A DNA stretch of 63,452 bases from positions 1-63,452 of the forward strand of contig JALWKV010000071.1 of the NCBI GenBank assembly GCA_027081275.1, given 5' to 3'. The DNA comes from Gammaproteobacteria bacterium. Lineage in GTDB: Bacteria; Pseudomonadota; Gammaproteobacteria; UWMA-0217. Shown in pieces: positions 9,172 to 18,752 of the stretch (the stretch's first letter is position 1; each line of letters begins with the position of its first letter). The position numbers and the translations under genes were made by a program. A model generated the notes under the pieces. The model searched no databases. It was not told the origin of the DNA and saw nothing but the letters and a program-made list of their open reading frames with translations.

Positions 9172-10002
9172 TCAGCGCCCGAGCAGGCGGCGACGGACGA
9201 GCTCGCCGGCGAGGGTGGCGAGAAACTGGGTATTGGTGACGAGGTAACGCTTCCACATCTTGCGCGGCTCCATCATCAGCCGCCAGAACCACTCCATGCC
9301 GATATTCTGCATCCACAGCGGCGCGCGCTGCACGTAGCCGGCGATGACGTCGAAACTGCCGCCGACACCGAAGATGACCTTGGCGCCGAGCTCGTCGCGA
9401 TGCTGCTCGCCCCACAGCTCCTTGAACGGCGTCGGCATGCCGATGAAGAGGATGTCGGGCTTGCTGGCGGCGATGTCGGCGATGACTTCGGCATGCTCAT
9501 CCTCGCCGAAGTAGCCGTTGCGCGCGCCGGCGATCTTCAGACCGGGCCAGCGCTCGCGGCAGAGGTCCAGCAACGTGTCGATGACCTCTTGCTTCGCGCC
9601 GAGAAAATAGACGCTGATGCCCTGCTCACCGCCGCTCTCCAGCAGCTTCTGCATCAGATCGACGCCGGCGACGCGATCGGCCAGCGGCGTGCCCAGCAGC
9701 TTCGTCGACCAGACGATCGGCATGCCGTCGGCAACGATGATGTCCCCGGCGTTGCAGGCCCGCGCCAGCTCGGGGTTGGACTTCATCATCATCAGCAGCG
9801 CGGCGTTGAGCGTGATCAGCGTCCTCAGCGCCGGCGCCTCCTCGCGACACCAGTCGAGCACCTGCGCCAGCGTCTCCTCGCGCGTCATCGAGTCGATGGC
9901 GCAGCCCATGAACTGGATGCGGTTGCTGCCGGGCGCGGTCACGGTCGGCGCCTCAGACGATATGGCGATCGGGGTCGATTCCACGTTCGATGGCTCCCGC
10001 AT
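9172..10002 (-). CDS. WecB/TagA/CpsF family glycosyltransferase
   Basis: ADGMPIVW, RVAGVDL, GARNGYF, GVGGSFDVIAG..RAP.WMQ..GMEW..RL..EPR; start uncertain. Confidence 0.93.
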   Translation of the reverse strand: MREPSNVESTPIAISSEAPTVTAPGSNRIQFMGCAIDSMTREETLAQVLDWCREEAPALRTLITLNAALLMMMKSNPELARACNAGDIIVADGMPIVWSTKLLGTPLADRVAGVDLMQKLLESGGEQGISVYFLGAKQEVIDTLLDLCRERWPGLKIAGARNGYFGEDEHAEVIADIAASKPDILFIGMPTPFKELWGEQHRDELGAKVIFGVGGSFDVIAGYVQRAPLWMQNIGMEWFWRLMMEPRKMWKRYLVTNTQFLATLAGELVRRRLLGR

Positions 10003-11101
10003 AGATGCACCAGGCCCATTCGTAGGGGCGAGTCTCGTAGTTGACGCGCAGCGCCGGCGGGCTCTTGCGCGACTGGTCGCCGGCCAGGCCAAACAGCGAC
10101 TTGGCCTTGCGGGTCACGTCGCCCAGCTTGCCCTGATCGTATTCGATGCTGCGCCACAGCGTCGGGAAGTCGTGATCGACCATGTTGACGCCGAGTTCAT
10201 TATCGTCCATCCAGCTGCGGCTCATGACCACGGCGTCCTCGAAGGACTTGTCGCCGGCCTGCTCACAGGCCCGCAGCGCCATCGGTGCCATGCCGTGCTG
10301 GTGCACGCTGTAGACCGAATAGGGCTGCGGCGAGCCGCCGCGCTTGGCGTCGTAGTGCCACCACCACTGGCCCTTGGCGCCCTGCATCTCGACCATTTTC
10401 GAGGCCAGGTCGGTGGAGATTCGCGCCGCACGCTCGTCGGCGGTGAGCTTGGCATAGAAGGCCAACGCCTGAATGGTATAGACCTGATCGGCGAAGTTGG
10501 CGATCCAGCGACGGATGCCGTGACCGGACTCGGCGCCGTCGCCGGCATGGGTCACCATCCGGTGCCGCGGCTGGTAGCGCACTTCGATCAATTCCTGAAC
10601 GGTGGCTTCGAGCAGCGGCTTGATGCCCTCGTTACCGCGATGCAGCTCGTGGGCAAGGCCGCTGGCCAGCCACGAGGTCTCCATCGTCGTCAGCGCCTGG
10701 AGGTGTTTGCCGAAGTCGCCGAGATCGACGCCGCAGCGCTGCTTGAGGGTGTCGAAATCGACGCCATCGCAGACGGCATTGGCCCAGACGACCAGACCGA
10801 AGCCGCCGGGGTAGTTGCGTTTCTTCGCCAGCTCGTACATGGCTTCCAGGGTCTGCTGCAGATCCATCCCCAGCGAGGCGGGATCGACCTTCGCCCGGGT
10901 AATGCCGATCAGGCAGATGGCGGTACTGGTGAGGTCTTCGGTGGGATAGAACTCGTAGGTGTTGACCCACTTCTTGTCCATGATCTGCAGGTCATAGACA
11001 TGCGTCTCGGGATTGAGCGAGCGTGTCAGGCCCGTCGTGCAGATCGGATCGACATTGTCGTAGAACGCCTTTGCCGACTGCTGTTTGATTGGTTTGCCCA
11101 T
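9953..11101 (-). CDS. hypothetical protein in polysaccharide cassette (possible alpha/alpha-toroid sugar enzyme)
   Basis: Long ORF, AGGGAG RBS before MGKPIK; aromatic motifs NFADQVY, GQWWWHY, YSVHQHGMAPM, RPYEWAW. Confidence 0.75.
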   Translation of the reverse strand: MGKPIKQQSAKAFYDNVDPICTTGLTRSLNPETHVYDLQIMDKKWVNTYEFYPTEDLTSTAICLIGITRAKVDPASLGMDLQQTLEAMYELAKKRNYPGGFGLVVWANAVCDGVDFDTLKQRCGVDLGDFGKHLQALTTMETSWLASGLAHELHRGNEGIKPLLEATVQELIEVRYQPRHRMVTHAGDGAESGHGIRRWIANFADQVYTIQALAFYAKLTADERAARISTDLASKMVEMQGAKGQWWWHYDAKRGGSPQPYSVYSVHQHGMAPMALRACEQAGDKSFEDAVVMSRSWMDDNELGVNMVDHDFPTLWRSIEYDQGKLGDVTRKAKSLFGLAGDQSRKSPPALRVNYETRPYEWAWCIYAGAIERGIDPDRHIV

Positions 11102-11370
11102 CAGTTCCGTTCTCCCTTCCATCTGTACCTCGCCAAAGATCTCGGTTGTTGTCGCGCCGCGCATTCGGCGCGTTTATTGTTGTTTGTTGTGCAACGAACG
11201 TCCGGCAACGACCTCCGTTGTGCGTGAATGGAACGCGATCATAGAGAAAGAGATTTCGGCGAACAATACGGGGTACTACGTGGTGCGCCAAAAGCGGCCT
11301 CTCAATCACAGTTTTGCGACGGGTTTAGCCGAAATTCGGAACCAGTGCCGATGGGCCGACCGCGCCGATC

Positions 11371-11919
11371 TCAGCGCACGAGTCCCCGCTCCACCTCGTC
11401 GCGCCGCTCCCTGCCGACCAGCTTTTCGATCAGCGTCAGGGCGAAATCCATGGCCGTGCCGGGGCCGCGCGAGGTGATGATCCGTTCGTCCACCTCGACC
11501 CGTTCGCCGGTGTAGTGGCCGGCCGGGATCTCGATGGCGTCGAGCGCGCCGGGATAGGCGGTGAGACGGCGGCCTTCGAGCAGGCCGGCCTTTGCCAGCA
11601 CCTTGGGCGCGGCGCAGATGGCGGCGGTGTACTTGCCCGCCCGCGCCATATTCCGCAAAAGCCGGATGATGCGCTCGTCGTCGCGCAGATGGTCGGCGCC
11701 CGGCAGGCCGCCCGGCAGCGCGATCATGTCGAAGTCCTGATCGAGCACGTCGTCGAGGACGGTATCGGGCAGCAGGACGACGCCGCGCGAGGCCGTGACG
11801 GGACCGGGTTCGAGACCGGCGGTGACTACCTCGATACCGGCCCGCCGCAGCAGGTCGATGATGGTGACCGCTTCGAGTTCTTCACAAGCTTGAGCGAGGG
11901 GGACGAGCACTCTGGGCAT
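11371..11919 (-). CDS. yajL: DJ-1/PfpI family protein (YajL/ThiJ)
   Basis: EELEAVTIIDLLRRAG, LPGGLPG, AAICAAP, ITSRGPGTA. Confidence 0.92.
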   Translation of the reverse strand: MPRVLVPLAQACEELEAVTIIDLLRRAGIEVVTAGLEPGPVTASRGVVLLPDTVLDDVLDQDFDMIALPGGLPGADHLRDDERIIRLLRNMARAGKYTAAICAAPKVLAKAGLLEGRRLTAYPGALDAIEIPAGHYTGERVEVDERIITSRGPGTAMDFALTLIEKLVGRERRDEVERGLVR

Positions 11920-12656
11920 GACTGGGACTCCTTGGCTGCGATGTATTCACTGACAGGGACGATAGTATGCCCTTTCGCGCGCAGCCACGGGATCCCTTCC
12001 CTCAGTACAGCCAGCGTTTCCGGATGGGGGTGGCCAATGGCGAGCGCAAAGCCATTGTTCCGGGCCAACCCTTCCAGCCGGCGCAGCTCCGACCAGACCG
12101 AGGCGGTGCTGATTTCGCCGTTGTCGAGAAAGACGTCCCGCCGCGTGGTGCCGAGACGATAGTCGCGCGCCACCTGCTCGGCGACCGTGCGGCGGTCGGT
12201 GCGACTGTCGACGAAATAGAGATGGCCGTAGGCGCGAAGCACCTCCATCAACCAGCCCATCTGCTGCGGGTCGCGGGTCAGCAGGCTGCCCATGTGATTG
12301 TTCAGGCCGGCAACGCCGGGAAAACGGGCCAACGCATCGATGACGGCATGCTGGAACGCGGCCTTGTCCATGCCGGCGCGCAGCACCACCGACTCCAGCC
12401 TGTAGCTGCCGTGCTCCGCCTGCATCGGCATGTGAAGCATGATCTCGCGCCCCATGCGCCGCAGCGCGACGGCGAGCTTCTGGCTGTCGGGGGCATCGGG
12501 AAGAATGGAGAGCGTGATGGCGGGATCGAGCCGCGCCGCCCTGAGACCACGATCGAAGCCGTAGCCGATATCATCGATGATCAGTGCGATGACGCCCGCC
12601 CGCAATGGCGTGGACATCAGCCACAGAACGACCAGTATGTAGAGACGCTTGCCCAT
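11826..12656 (-). CDS. divergent polysaccharide deacetylase (YibQ family)
   Basis: IIDDIG, MLHMPMQ, NNHMGS, FVDSRT, RDVFLD, AIGHP motifs; follows ctpA. Confidence 0.93.
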   Translation of the reverse strand: MGKRLYILVVLWLMSTPLRAGVIALIIDDIGYGFDRGLRAARLDPAITLSILPDAPDSQKLAVALRRMGREIMLHMPMQAEHGSYRLESVVLRAGMDKAAFQHAVIDALARFPGVAGLNNHMGSLLTRDPQQMGWLMEVLRAYGHLYFVDSRTDRRTVAEQVARDYRLGTTRRDVFLDNGEISTASVWSELRRLEGLARNNGFALAIGHPHPETLAVLREGIPWLRAKGHTIVPVSEYIAAKESQSCPECSSPSLKLVKNSKRSPSSTCCGGPVSR

Positions 12657-12777
12657 CCGCGATCCTCACCGGCAGTCCCTTTGCCATCGGGGATCGGGCC
12701 GAAAGCGCAGCCGGTATAATTTCTTTTTCTTTACGCCCGCCCGCAACCGCCAGTGCGGCGCGGACGGGCACCCCCCA

Positions 12778-14121
12778 TCAGGAACCGGGCATGACGAGCG
12801 TGATCCCCTTCAGCAGGTTCAGCGCCTCGTAAAGCTCGAAATCGGTCTGGGCCAACTCTTCGCTATCGGTTCCTTTCTTGGCATCCTTCTCTTTCGACTT
12901 GCCGCCCTTGTCCTTCGCCTTCTTTTCCTCCTTGCCATTGGTCAGATGGCGGGAAAGATTGGCTTCCTTGAGCGGGTCGATACCGTTGCTCTCCTTCTTC
13001 TTCAGCTCCAGCGACTCGAGCATGATGTCGGGCGTGATGCCGTCGGCCTGGATGGAGCGGCCCGAAGGCGTGTAGTAGCGCGCAGTGGTCAGCTTGAGGG
13101 CATCGCCGTCCTTCAGCGGGAGGATGGTCTGTACCGATCCCTTGCCGAAGGTCTTGCTGGAGCCGACGATGATGGCACGCTTGTGGTCCTGCAAGGCGCC
13201 GGCAACGATCTCGGAAGCCGAGGCCGATCCGGCGTTGACGAGGACCACCAGCGGCTTGCCGTCCAGCACGTCGTCCGGGGCGGCGTCGTAACGCAGCTGC
13301 GAATCCTTGACCCGGCCCTCGGTGTAGACGATCAGCCCTTCCTTGAGGAAGGCATCGGAAACGCCGACGGCGCCGGTGAGCACGCCGCCGGGATTGTTGC
13401 GCAGATCGAGGATTGCGCCCTTGAAGTCATCGCCCAGCTCCTTCTTCAACTTGCGGACTTCGTCGAGCAGATTCTGCGTTGTCTTGGATTGGAAGTTGCT
13501 GATGCGGAAGTAGCCGTAGTTGCCGTCGAGAATGCGGCTCTTGACGCTCTTGACCTGAATGATGTCGCGCACGACGGTGATCTTGAGCGGCCTGCTCTCG
13601 CCCTCGCGGATGATCGTCAGCACGATCGGCGTACCCTTCTTGCCACGCATGATTTTGACCGCGTCATTCAGCGTCATGCCCTTGACCGGCGTGTCGTCGA
13701 GACGAATGATGAGATCGCCCGCCTTGATGCCGGCGCGCTGGGCCGGGGTATCGTCGATGGGCGCGATGACCTTGACGAAGCCGTCTTCCATGCCAACCTC
13801 GATGCCGAGGCCGCCGAACTCGCCGGAGGTGCCGATCTGCAGATCCTTGAACTCGTCCTGGTCGAGATAGTTGGAGTGGGGATCGAGACCCGACAGCATG
13901 CCCCGAATTGCGTTCTGGATCAGCGTCTTGTCGTCGACGGACTCGACGTAGTCGTTCTTGATGCGTGCATAGACGTCCGAAAACGTGCGCAACTCTTCCA
14001 GAGAAAGTGGCTGAATCTGGCTGCTGCTCTTGTCGGCGACCACGTTGTAGACGGTGCCCAACGGCAGCCCCAGCGCGACGCCAAGCATCAAACCAAAACC
14101 GATTCTAGATCTGGACTTCAT
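12778..14121 (-). CDS. ctpA: carboxyl-terminal processing protease (S41)
   Basis: LDPHSNY, PDZ GLGIEV, DLRNNPGG, SASASEIVAGALQD, FGKGSVQ. Confidence 0.95.
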   Translation of the reverse strand: MKSRSRIGFGLMLGVALGLPLGTVYNVVADKSSSQIQPLSLEELRTFSDVYARIKNDYVESVDDKTLIQNAIRGMLSGLDPHSNYLDQDEFKDLQIGTSGEFGGLGIEVGMEDGFVKVIAPIDDTPAQRAGIKAGDLIIRLDDTPVKGMTLNDAVKIMRGKKGTPIVLTIIREGESRPLKITVVRDIIQVKSVKSRILDGNYGYFRISNFQSKTTQNLLDEVRKLKKELGDDFKGAILDLRNNPGGVLTGAVGVSDAFLKEGLIVYTEGRVKDSQLRYDAAPDDVLDGKPLVVLVNAGSASASEIVAGALQDHKRAIIVGSSKTFGKGSVQTILPLKDGDALKLTTARYYTPSGRSIQADGITPDIMLESLELKKKESNGIDPLKEANLSRHLTNGKEEKKAKDKGGKSKEKDAKKGTDSEELAQTDFELYEALNLLKGITLVMPGS

Positions 14122-14284
14122 TCGGTACTCCTAACCATATAATTTGGGAACGCCAATACGAACGGGCTGTAACGAGCGGGGGTATCAGGCCTTTATCGAT
14201 GCGCGACAGTATAGCCACAATCATGCCGACGTGGACACCGGCGGCCGGCTTTCTCGCCCGGATCAGACCGCTTGTCCGGCCGTT

Positions 14285-15460
14285 TTATGACCCCTTGCAC
14301 CATTTTCGCGGATCGAGCGGTTTGGCGTTCTTGCGGATCTCGAAGTAGACGCCGGTCTGCGAGTAACCGCCGCTGTTGCCGGCGGTAGCGATTACGGCGC
14401 CCAGTTCCACCTTGTCACCGGGTGCACGAAAGAGGCTCTGGTTGCGCCCATAGAGGCTCATGTAGCCGCCACCATGATCGACGATGATGAGCAGGCCGAA
14501 GCCGCGCATCCAGTCGGCGAACACCACGGTACCGCTGGCGACCGCATGCACCTTCTCGCCCGCTGGCGCGACGATCGTCACGCCTGGCGCGGAACCGTTC
14601 TTCTGCACCACACCCTTGAGGGGCCAGTTGAGGCTTCCACGCAGCGCGGCAAACCCCTCCTTGTCCTTGTCGAGCATCGACGGATTGGCGGCGGCGAAGC
14701 GCAGCCGCTCCAGCAGTTCATTGAGCTGCTCCCGGTCGGCTGCCAGGCTCTTGAGCTTTTCCTGCGAGGACTTGAGCTGCCTGTTGATATGCGCGATCGT
14801 GCGACTTCGCGTCAGCCTGTCCTTCTTCAGCGTCCGGCGCGTCTCCTCGGCCCGGGCCTTCAGCTTCTTCAGTTTTTTCAGCTCCTGGCGCAGATCTCGG
14901 TGGGTGACATCGAGACGGGCAAGACGCTCGGAAATCTGCCTGAGCCGCTCCGCCCGCGCCTCCTGTAGATATCGAAAGAACACCTGATCCCGCTGCACAT
15001 CACCCGCCACGCCAGGACGGAGCAGCGCCTGCAGCCGCACCCGCGCGGGCATTCGATACATCGCCTGCAGATGTTTCGCCAGCAACTTGCGATGGTGGTC
15101 GAGTTCGGCCGACTCAGACCCCAGCCGCTCTCGCAGCGCCTTCAGCTTGTCGTTGGCGGCAGCGATCTCGCGGTTGAGCTTCTTGAGCTGCCGCAGGTTT
15201 TTCGCCACCTGCTTGTCCAGCGCCTTGAGTTTGAGCCGGAGCTTGCCCGCCTCCCCTTCCTGTTCGAGCCTTTTTTTGTTGAGCGCTTGAATCCTGCTGT
15301 TGATGCGCTCCAGCTCCTTCGTGACCGATTCCGGTGAACTTTTGGCATGACTGGGATTCAGAACCAGTAGCGACGCCAGAAACCCGCCAAGACAGAGCGC
15401 CGCGGCGGCCGGGAAATTTTCCCGAAAGCGTCGAAAACGGGCTGATTTTGCAGGAAACAT
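14285..15460 (-). CDS. envC: murein hydrolase activator EnvC (coiled coil plus degenerate M23 domain)
   Basis: Long coiled coil then WPLKG, VFADWMRGFGLLIIVDHG.GYMSLYG, YFEIR; start uncertain. Confidence 0.9.
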   Translation of the reverse strand: MFPAKSARFRRFRENFPAAAALCLGGFLASLLVLNPSHAKSSPESVTKELERINSRIQALNKKRLEQEGEAGKLRLKLKALDKQVAKNLRQLKKLNREIAAANDKLKALRERLGSESAELDHHRKLLAKHLQAMYRMPARVRLQALLRPGVAGDVQRDQVFFRYLQEARAERLRQISERLARLDVTHRDLRQELKKLKKLKARAEETRRTLKKDRLTRSRTIAHINRQLKSSQEKLKSLAADREQLNELLERLRFAAANPSMLDKDKEGFAALRGSLNWPLKGVVQKNGSAPGVTIVAPAGEKVHAVASGTVVFADWMRGFGLLIIVDHGGGYMSLYGRNQSLFRAPGDKVELGAVIATAGNSGGYSQTGVYFEIRKNAKPLDPRKWCKGS

Positions 15461-15560
15461 GGGCAATATCGATTGTATATCAGCAGTTTAGTATTTCATT
15501 AACTACCTATTTGGCGTTAGTATTAACGCCATAACTCCTAACGAAAGTGAGGGCATAACA

Positions 15561-15893
15561 TTGTCTATGTCTGATGGTCTTTGTGGCAACGTAACCCCTT
15601 CCGAGCTGATGAAACGGGAAGAGGACATCGAACGGGCCTCGCGTTCGCTCAAGGCAATGTCCCATCCGCTACGGCTCAGAATCCTGTGCACGCTGGGGGA
15701 AAAGGAAGTCAGTGTACAGGAGATCGTCGAATGCGTTGGCACCTCCCAGAGCAACATTTCCCAACACTTGGCGATTCTGCGGGATAAGGGTATCCTTGCT
15801 TCGCGCAAGGACGCCAACCGGGTCTACTATCGCGTTGGCGATGCCCGGACCCTGCGCCTGATCGACATGATGCAGGAAGTCTTCTGCTCCTGA
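15561..15893 (+). CDS. ArsR/SmtB family regulator (BigR/SqrR/YgaV-like)
   Basis: LKAMSHPLRLRILC, HTH SQSNISQHL, C-terminal EVFCS; start uncertain. Confidence 0.9.
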   Translation: MSMSDGLCGNVTPSELMKREEDIERASRSLKAMSHPLRLRILCTLGEKEVSVQEIVECVGTSQSNISQHLAILRDKGILASRKDANRVYYRVGDARTLRLIDMMQEVFCS

Positions 15894-15944
15894 GCATACA
15901 CCTGAATCGATCGGTTCCCGTTCACCCTACAATCTGTTGCCGCC

Positions 15945-16370
15945 ATGTCTGAAATTCTGGACTTCGTCCAGCGCCATCCCCTGCTGGTCGGCGCCTTCGT
16001 TGCGACGCTCGGCCTCCTGATCTGGACCGAGATCCAGCGTCTTACGCGGAACTTCGCCGATGTCACCCCGCAGGACGCCGTTCTGATGATCAACCGCGAT
16101 GACGCGATCGTCGTCGACGTGCGCGAGGCCAGCGAACTCAGCAGCGGCAAGATCCCCGGGGCCAGGCATATTCCGCTGTCCAGTTTTGCCAAGCGTATCG
16201 GCGAGCTGGACAAGTTTCGCGACCGCAAGACGATCGTCTACTGCCGCTCCGGCCAGCGCTCACAGAGCGCCTGCAAACAGCTGAAGAACCACGGTTTCGA
16301 AGAGGTCGCCAACCTCAAGGGCGGCATCGTCGCCTGGGAATCGGCCAACCTGCCCATCGCGAAGAAGTAG
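15945..16370 (+). CDS. membrane-anchored rhodanese-like protein (YibN type)
   Basis: N-terminal TM, VVDVRE, active loop YCRSGQRS, LKGGIVAW. Confidence 0.92.
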   Translation: MSEILDFVQRHPLLVGAFVATLGLLIWTEIQRLTRNFADVTPQDAVLMINRDDAIVVDVREASELSSGKIPGARHIPLSSFAKRIGELDKFRDRKTIVYCRSGQRSQSACKQLKNHGFEEVANLKGGIVAWESANLPIAKK

Positions 16371-16378
16371 GCCGCGCC

Positions 16379-16669
16379 ATGGCACCGGTCACGATCTACA
16401 CCTCGGCATTCTGCCCCTACTGCGTCTGGGCAAAGCGGCTGCTCGAACAGAAGCCGAACGTGAAGATCCACGAAATTCGCGTCGACCAGCACCCGGAAGA
16501 ACGCGATACCATGCTGGCCCGCAGCGGCGGCCGCGTCACCGTGCCGCAGATCTTCATCGGCGACACCCACATCGGCGGCTATGACGACATGGCCGCGCTC
16601 GACCGCGCCGGCAAGCTCGATCCGCTGCTCGATCAGGCCGCCCGCGTGGATCCTGAAAACCCTCTGTAA
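16379..16669 (+). CDS. grxC: glutaredoxin 3
   Basis: CPYC, TVPQIFI, GGYDD. Confidence 0.95.
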   Translation: MAPVTIYTSAFCPYCVWAKRLLEQKPNVKIHEIRVDQHPEERDTMLARSGGRVTVPQIFIGDTHIGGYDDMAALDRAGKLDPLLDQAARVDPENPL

Positions 16670-16791
16670 CTGCTCAGCATGGTTGGATTTTGTTCCAGAT
16701 CAAGACCCAACGTGCGCAGCGAGGGCGCATACAGGCAGTATGTAACCGAGCGAGCACGAAAATAACGCAGACTAAGGGACAAAAGACGACC

Positions 16792-17232
16792 GTGACGAGT
16801 AGTTACCTCAGTACCGTCTGCCCACACTGCGGCACCCGCAACAGACTGGCGCTGCCGATCGTCCCCACGGACCAGCCCCACTGCAACAAGTGCCGCAAGC
16901 GCCTCATCACCGACCGCGCGCTCGCCGTTGACGACGGCCGGCTCAGAAGTTTCCTCAGGCAGGATGAGCTGTCGCTACTGATCGGCTTCTGGGCACCGGG
17001 CTGCGCCCCCTGTAAAATGATGATGCCGCTGCTCGACCAGGCGGCGAAAAAATACGCTACCTCGCTGCGGGTGCTCAAAATCAACACGGCCGAGTTTCCC
17101 GCAACCATCAAGACGCATCGCCTCAGGGCTGTTCCCACGCTGATTCTCGTCCACAAGGGCAGGGAGCTGGATCGGGTTACCGGCGCGATGGACGGTGCCC
17201 GCCTGATGCGGTGGATCGATAAAACAACCTGA
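16792..17232 (+). CDS. trxC: thioredoxin 2 (TrxC-like, N-terminal Zn finger)
   Basis: CPHC..NR..CNKC Zn motif, FWAPGCAPCKMM, cis-Pro AVPT; GTG start at 16792 after AAGGGA. Confidence 0.8.
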   Translation: MTSSYLSTVCPHCGTRNRLALPIVPTDQPHCNKCRKRLITDRALAVDDGRLRSFLRQDELSLLIGFWAPGCAPCKMMMPLLDQAAKKYATSLRVLKINTAEFPATIKTHRLRAVPTLILVHKGRELDRVTGAMDGARLMRWIDKTT

Positions 17233-17247
17233 AGGAAAACAACCGTC

Positions 17248-17739
17248 ATGGCCGAAGAACAACCAAACCAACCGGAACAGCAATTCGAGATTCAGCGCAT
17301 CTATCTCAAGGATCTCTCCTTCGAGTCTCCAAACGCGCCGGAAGTCTTCACCCGGGAATTCAATCCCTCCGTCGGCGTCGAGCTCAACACCGCGCATCGC
17401 ACGCTGTCGGAAGGCATCTACGAAGTCGAACTCAATATCACCGTCACCGTAAAGTCGAACGACGAAGTGGCCTATCTGATCGAGGTAAAGGAGGCCGGCA
17501 TCTTCACCGCCGTCGGCTACCCCGACGAGCAGCTCGCCCATCTGCTGGCCAGCTACTGCCCCAACATCATCTACCCCTTCGCCCGCGAGCTCATTTCCGA
17601 AATGGCGGTGCGCGGCGGCTTTCCGCAGCAACTGCTGGCGCCGATCAACTTCGACGCGCTCTACGCCCAGCACCTGCAGGAGCAGGCGCAGAAAAGGGCC
17701 GAGGCAGGCGGCGACGCCGCCGAAGCACCCAAACACTGA
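17248..17739 (+). CDS. secB: protein-export chaperone SecB
   Basis: QRIYLKDLSFESP, YCPNIIYPFARE, GGFP..LAPINFDALY. Confidence 0.97.
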   Translation: MAEEQPNQPEQQFEIQRIYLKDLSFESPNAPEVFTREFNPSVGVELNTAHRTLSEGIYEVELNITVTVKSNDEVAYLIEVKEAGIFTAVGYPDEQLAHLLASYCPNIIYPFARELISEMAVRGGFPQQLLAPINFDALYAQHLQEQAQKRAEAGGDAAEAPKH

Positions 17740-17742
17740 GCG

Positions 17743-18744
17743 ATGATCGGCCAGTCCATTTCCGTCTACGGCGCCGGCTCCTGGGGAACGGCGCTGGCCA
17801 TTCATCTTGCCCGGCTGGGGCACAGCGTCCATCTCTGGGGCAGAAATCAAGAACATGTCGAGCAGATGCGCCGGCAGCGGGAAAATGCCCGCTATCTACC
17901 CGGCGTCGAGCTTCCCGTCACCCTGTCGCCCGAGTCCGATCTCGCTGCCGTCGCACAGGCCTCGTATTACCATCTGGTCGTCATTCCCAGCGAACATTTC
18001 CGCGAGTTTCTTTCCCGCCTGCAGGGCGAGCTGCCGGAAGTCTATCGGCTGATCTGGGCCACCAAGGGCATCGAGCACCAGACCGGCATGCTGCTGCACG
18101 AGGTGGTCGAGGAGGAACTCGGCGAGGATACCCCCTACGCCATCGTCTCCGGTCCGACCTTCGCCGCCGAGGTGGCGCGCGAGCTGCCCACCGCCATGTC
18201 GGTCGCGGCCCACGACACAGCGCTGCAGCAGGATGTGGCCGCCCTCTTCCACGGCCTCAATCTGCGCATGTACACCAGCGATGATGTCACCGGCGTCGAG
18301 CTGGGCGGCGCCGTCAAGAACGTGCTGGCGATCGCCGCCGGCATCTCCGACGGCCTGCGCTTCGGGGCCAACGCCAGAGCGGCGCTGATCACCCGCGGGC
18401 TGGCCGAGACGATGCGTCTCGGCGCGGCGATGGGCGCCAATCAGGAAACACTGATGGGACTTGCCGGGCTTGGCGATCTGGTGCTGACCTGCACCGACGA
18501 TCAGTCGCGCAACCGTCGCTTCGGGCTGGCGCTGGGCCGCGGCAGGGAGGCGGAGGCGGCAATGGCGGAAATCGGCCAGGTCGTCGAGGGCGCGATCACC
18601 GCCAAGAGCGTAATGAAGCTGATGGCCTCGGCCAAGGTGGAAATGCCCATCTGCACGCTGGTCTACCGCATTCTCCATGAAGGACTTGCGCCGGAATCGG
18701 CCGTCCACGCCCTGCTGAATCGGCGCCTCAAGGCCGAATACTGA
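17743..18744 (+). CDS. gpsA: NAD(P)H-dependent glycerol-3-phosphate dehydrogenase
   Basis: GAGSWGTALA, SGPTFA, GGAVKNV, GLGDLVLTC..SRN. Confidence 0.97.
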   Translation: MIGQSISVYGAGSWGTALAIHLARLGHSVHLWGRNQEHVEQMRRQRENARYLPGVELPVTLSPESDLAAVAQASYYHLVVIPSEHFREFLSRLQGELPEVYRLIWATKGIEHQTGMLLHEVVEEELGEDTPYAIVSGPTFAAEVARELPTAMSVAAHDTALQQDVAALFHGLNLRMYTSDDVTGVELGGAVKNVLAIAAGISDGLRFGANARAALITRGLAETMRLGAAMGANQETLMGLAGLGDLVLTCTDDQSRNRRFGLALGRGREAEAAMAEIGQVVEGAITAKSVMKLMASAKVEMPICTLVYRILHEGLAPESAVHALLNRRLKAEY

Positions 18745-18752
18745 GCACCCCG

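Noticed and set aside
11826-11919. 94-bp yibQ/yajL overlap giving a Cys-rich tail
   Set aside because: Most simply a read-through into the yajL alternative frame; no evidence of function.
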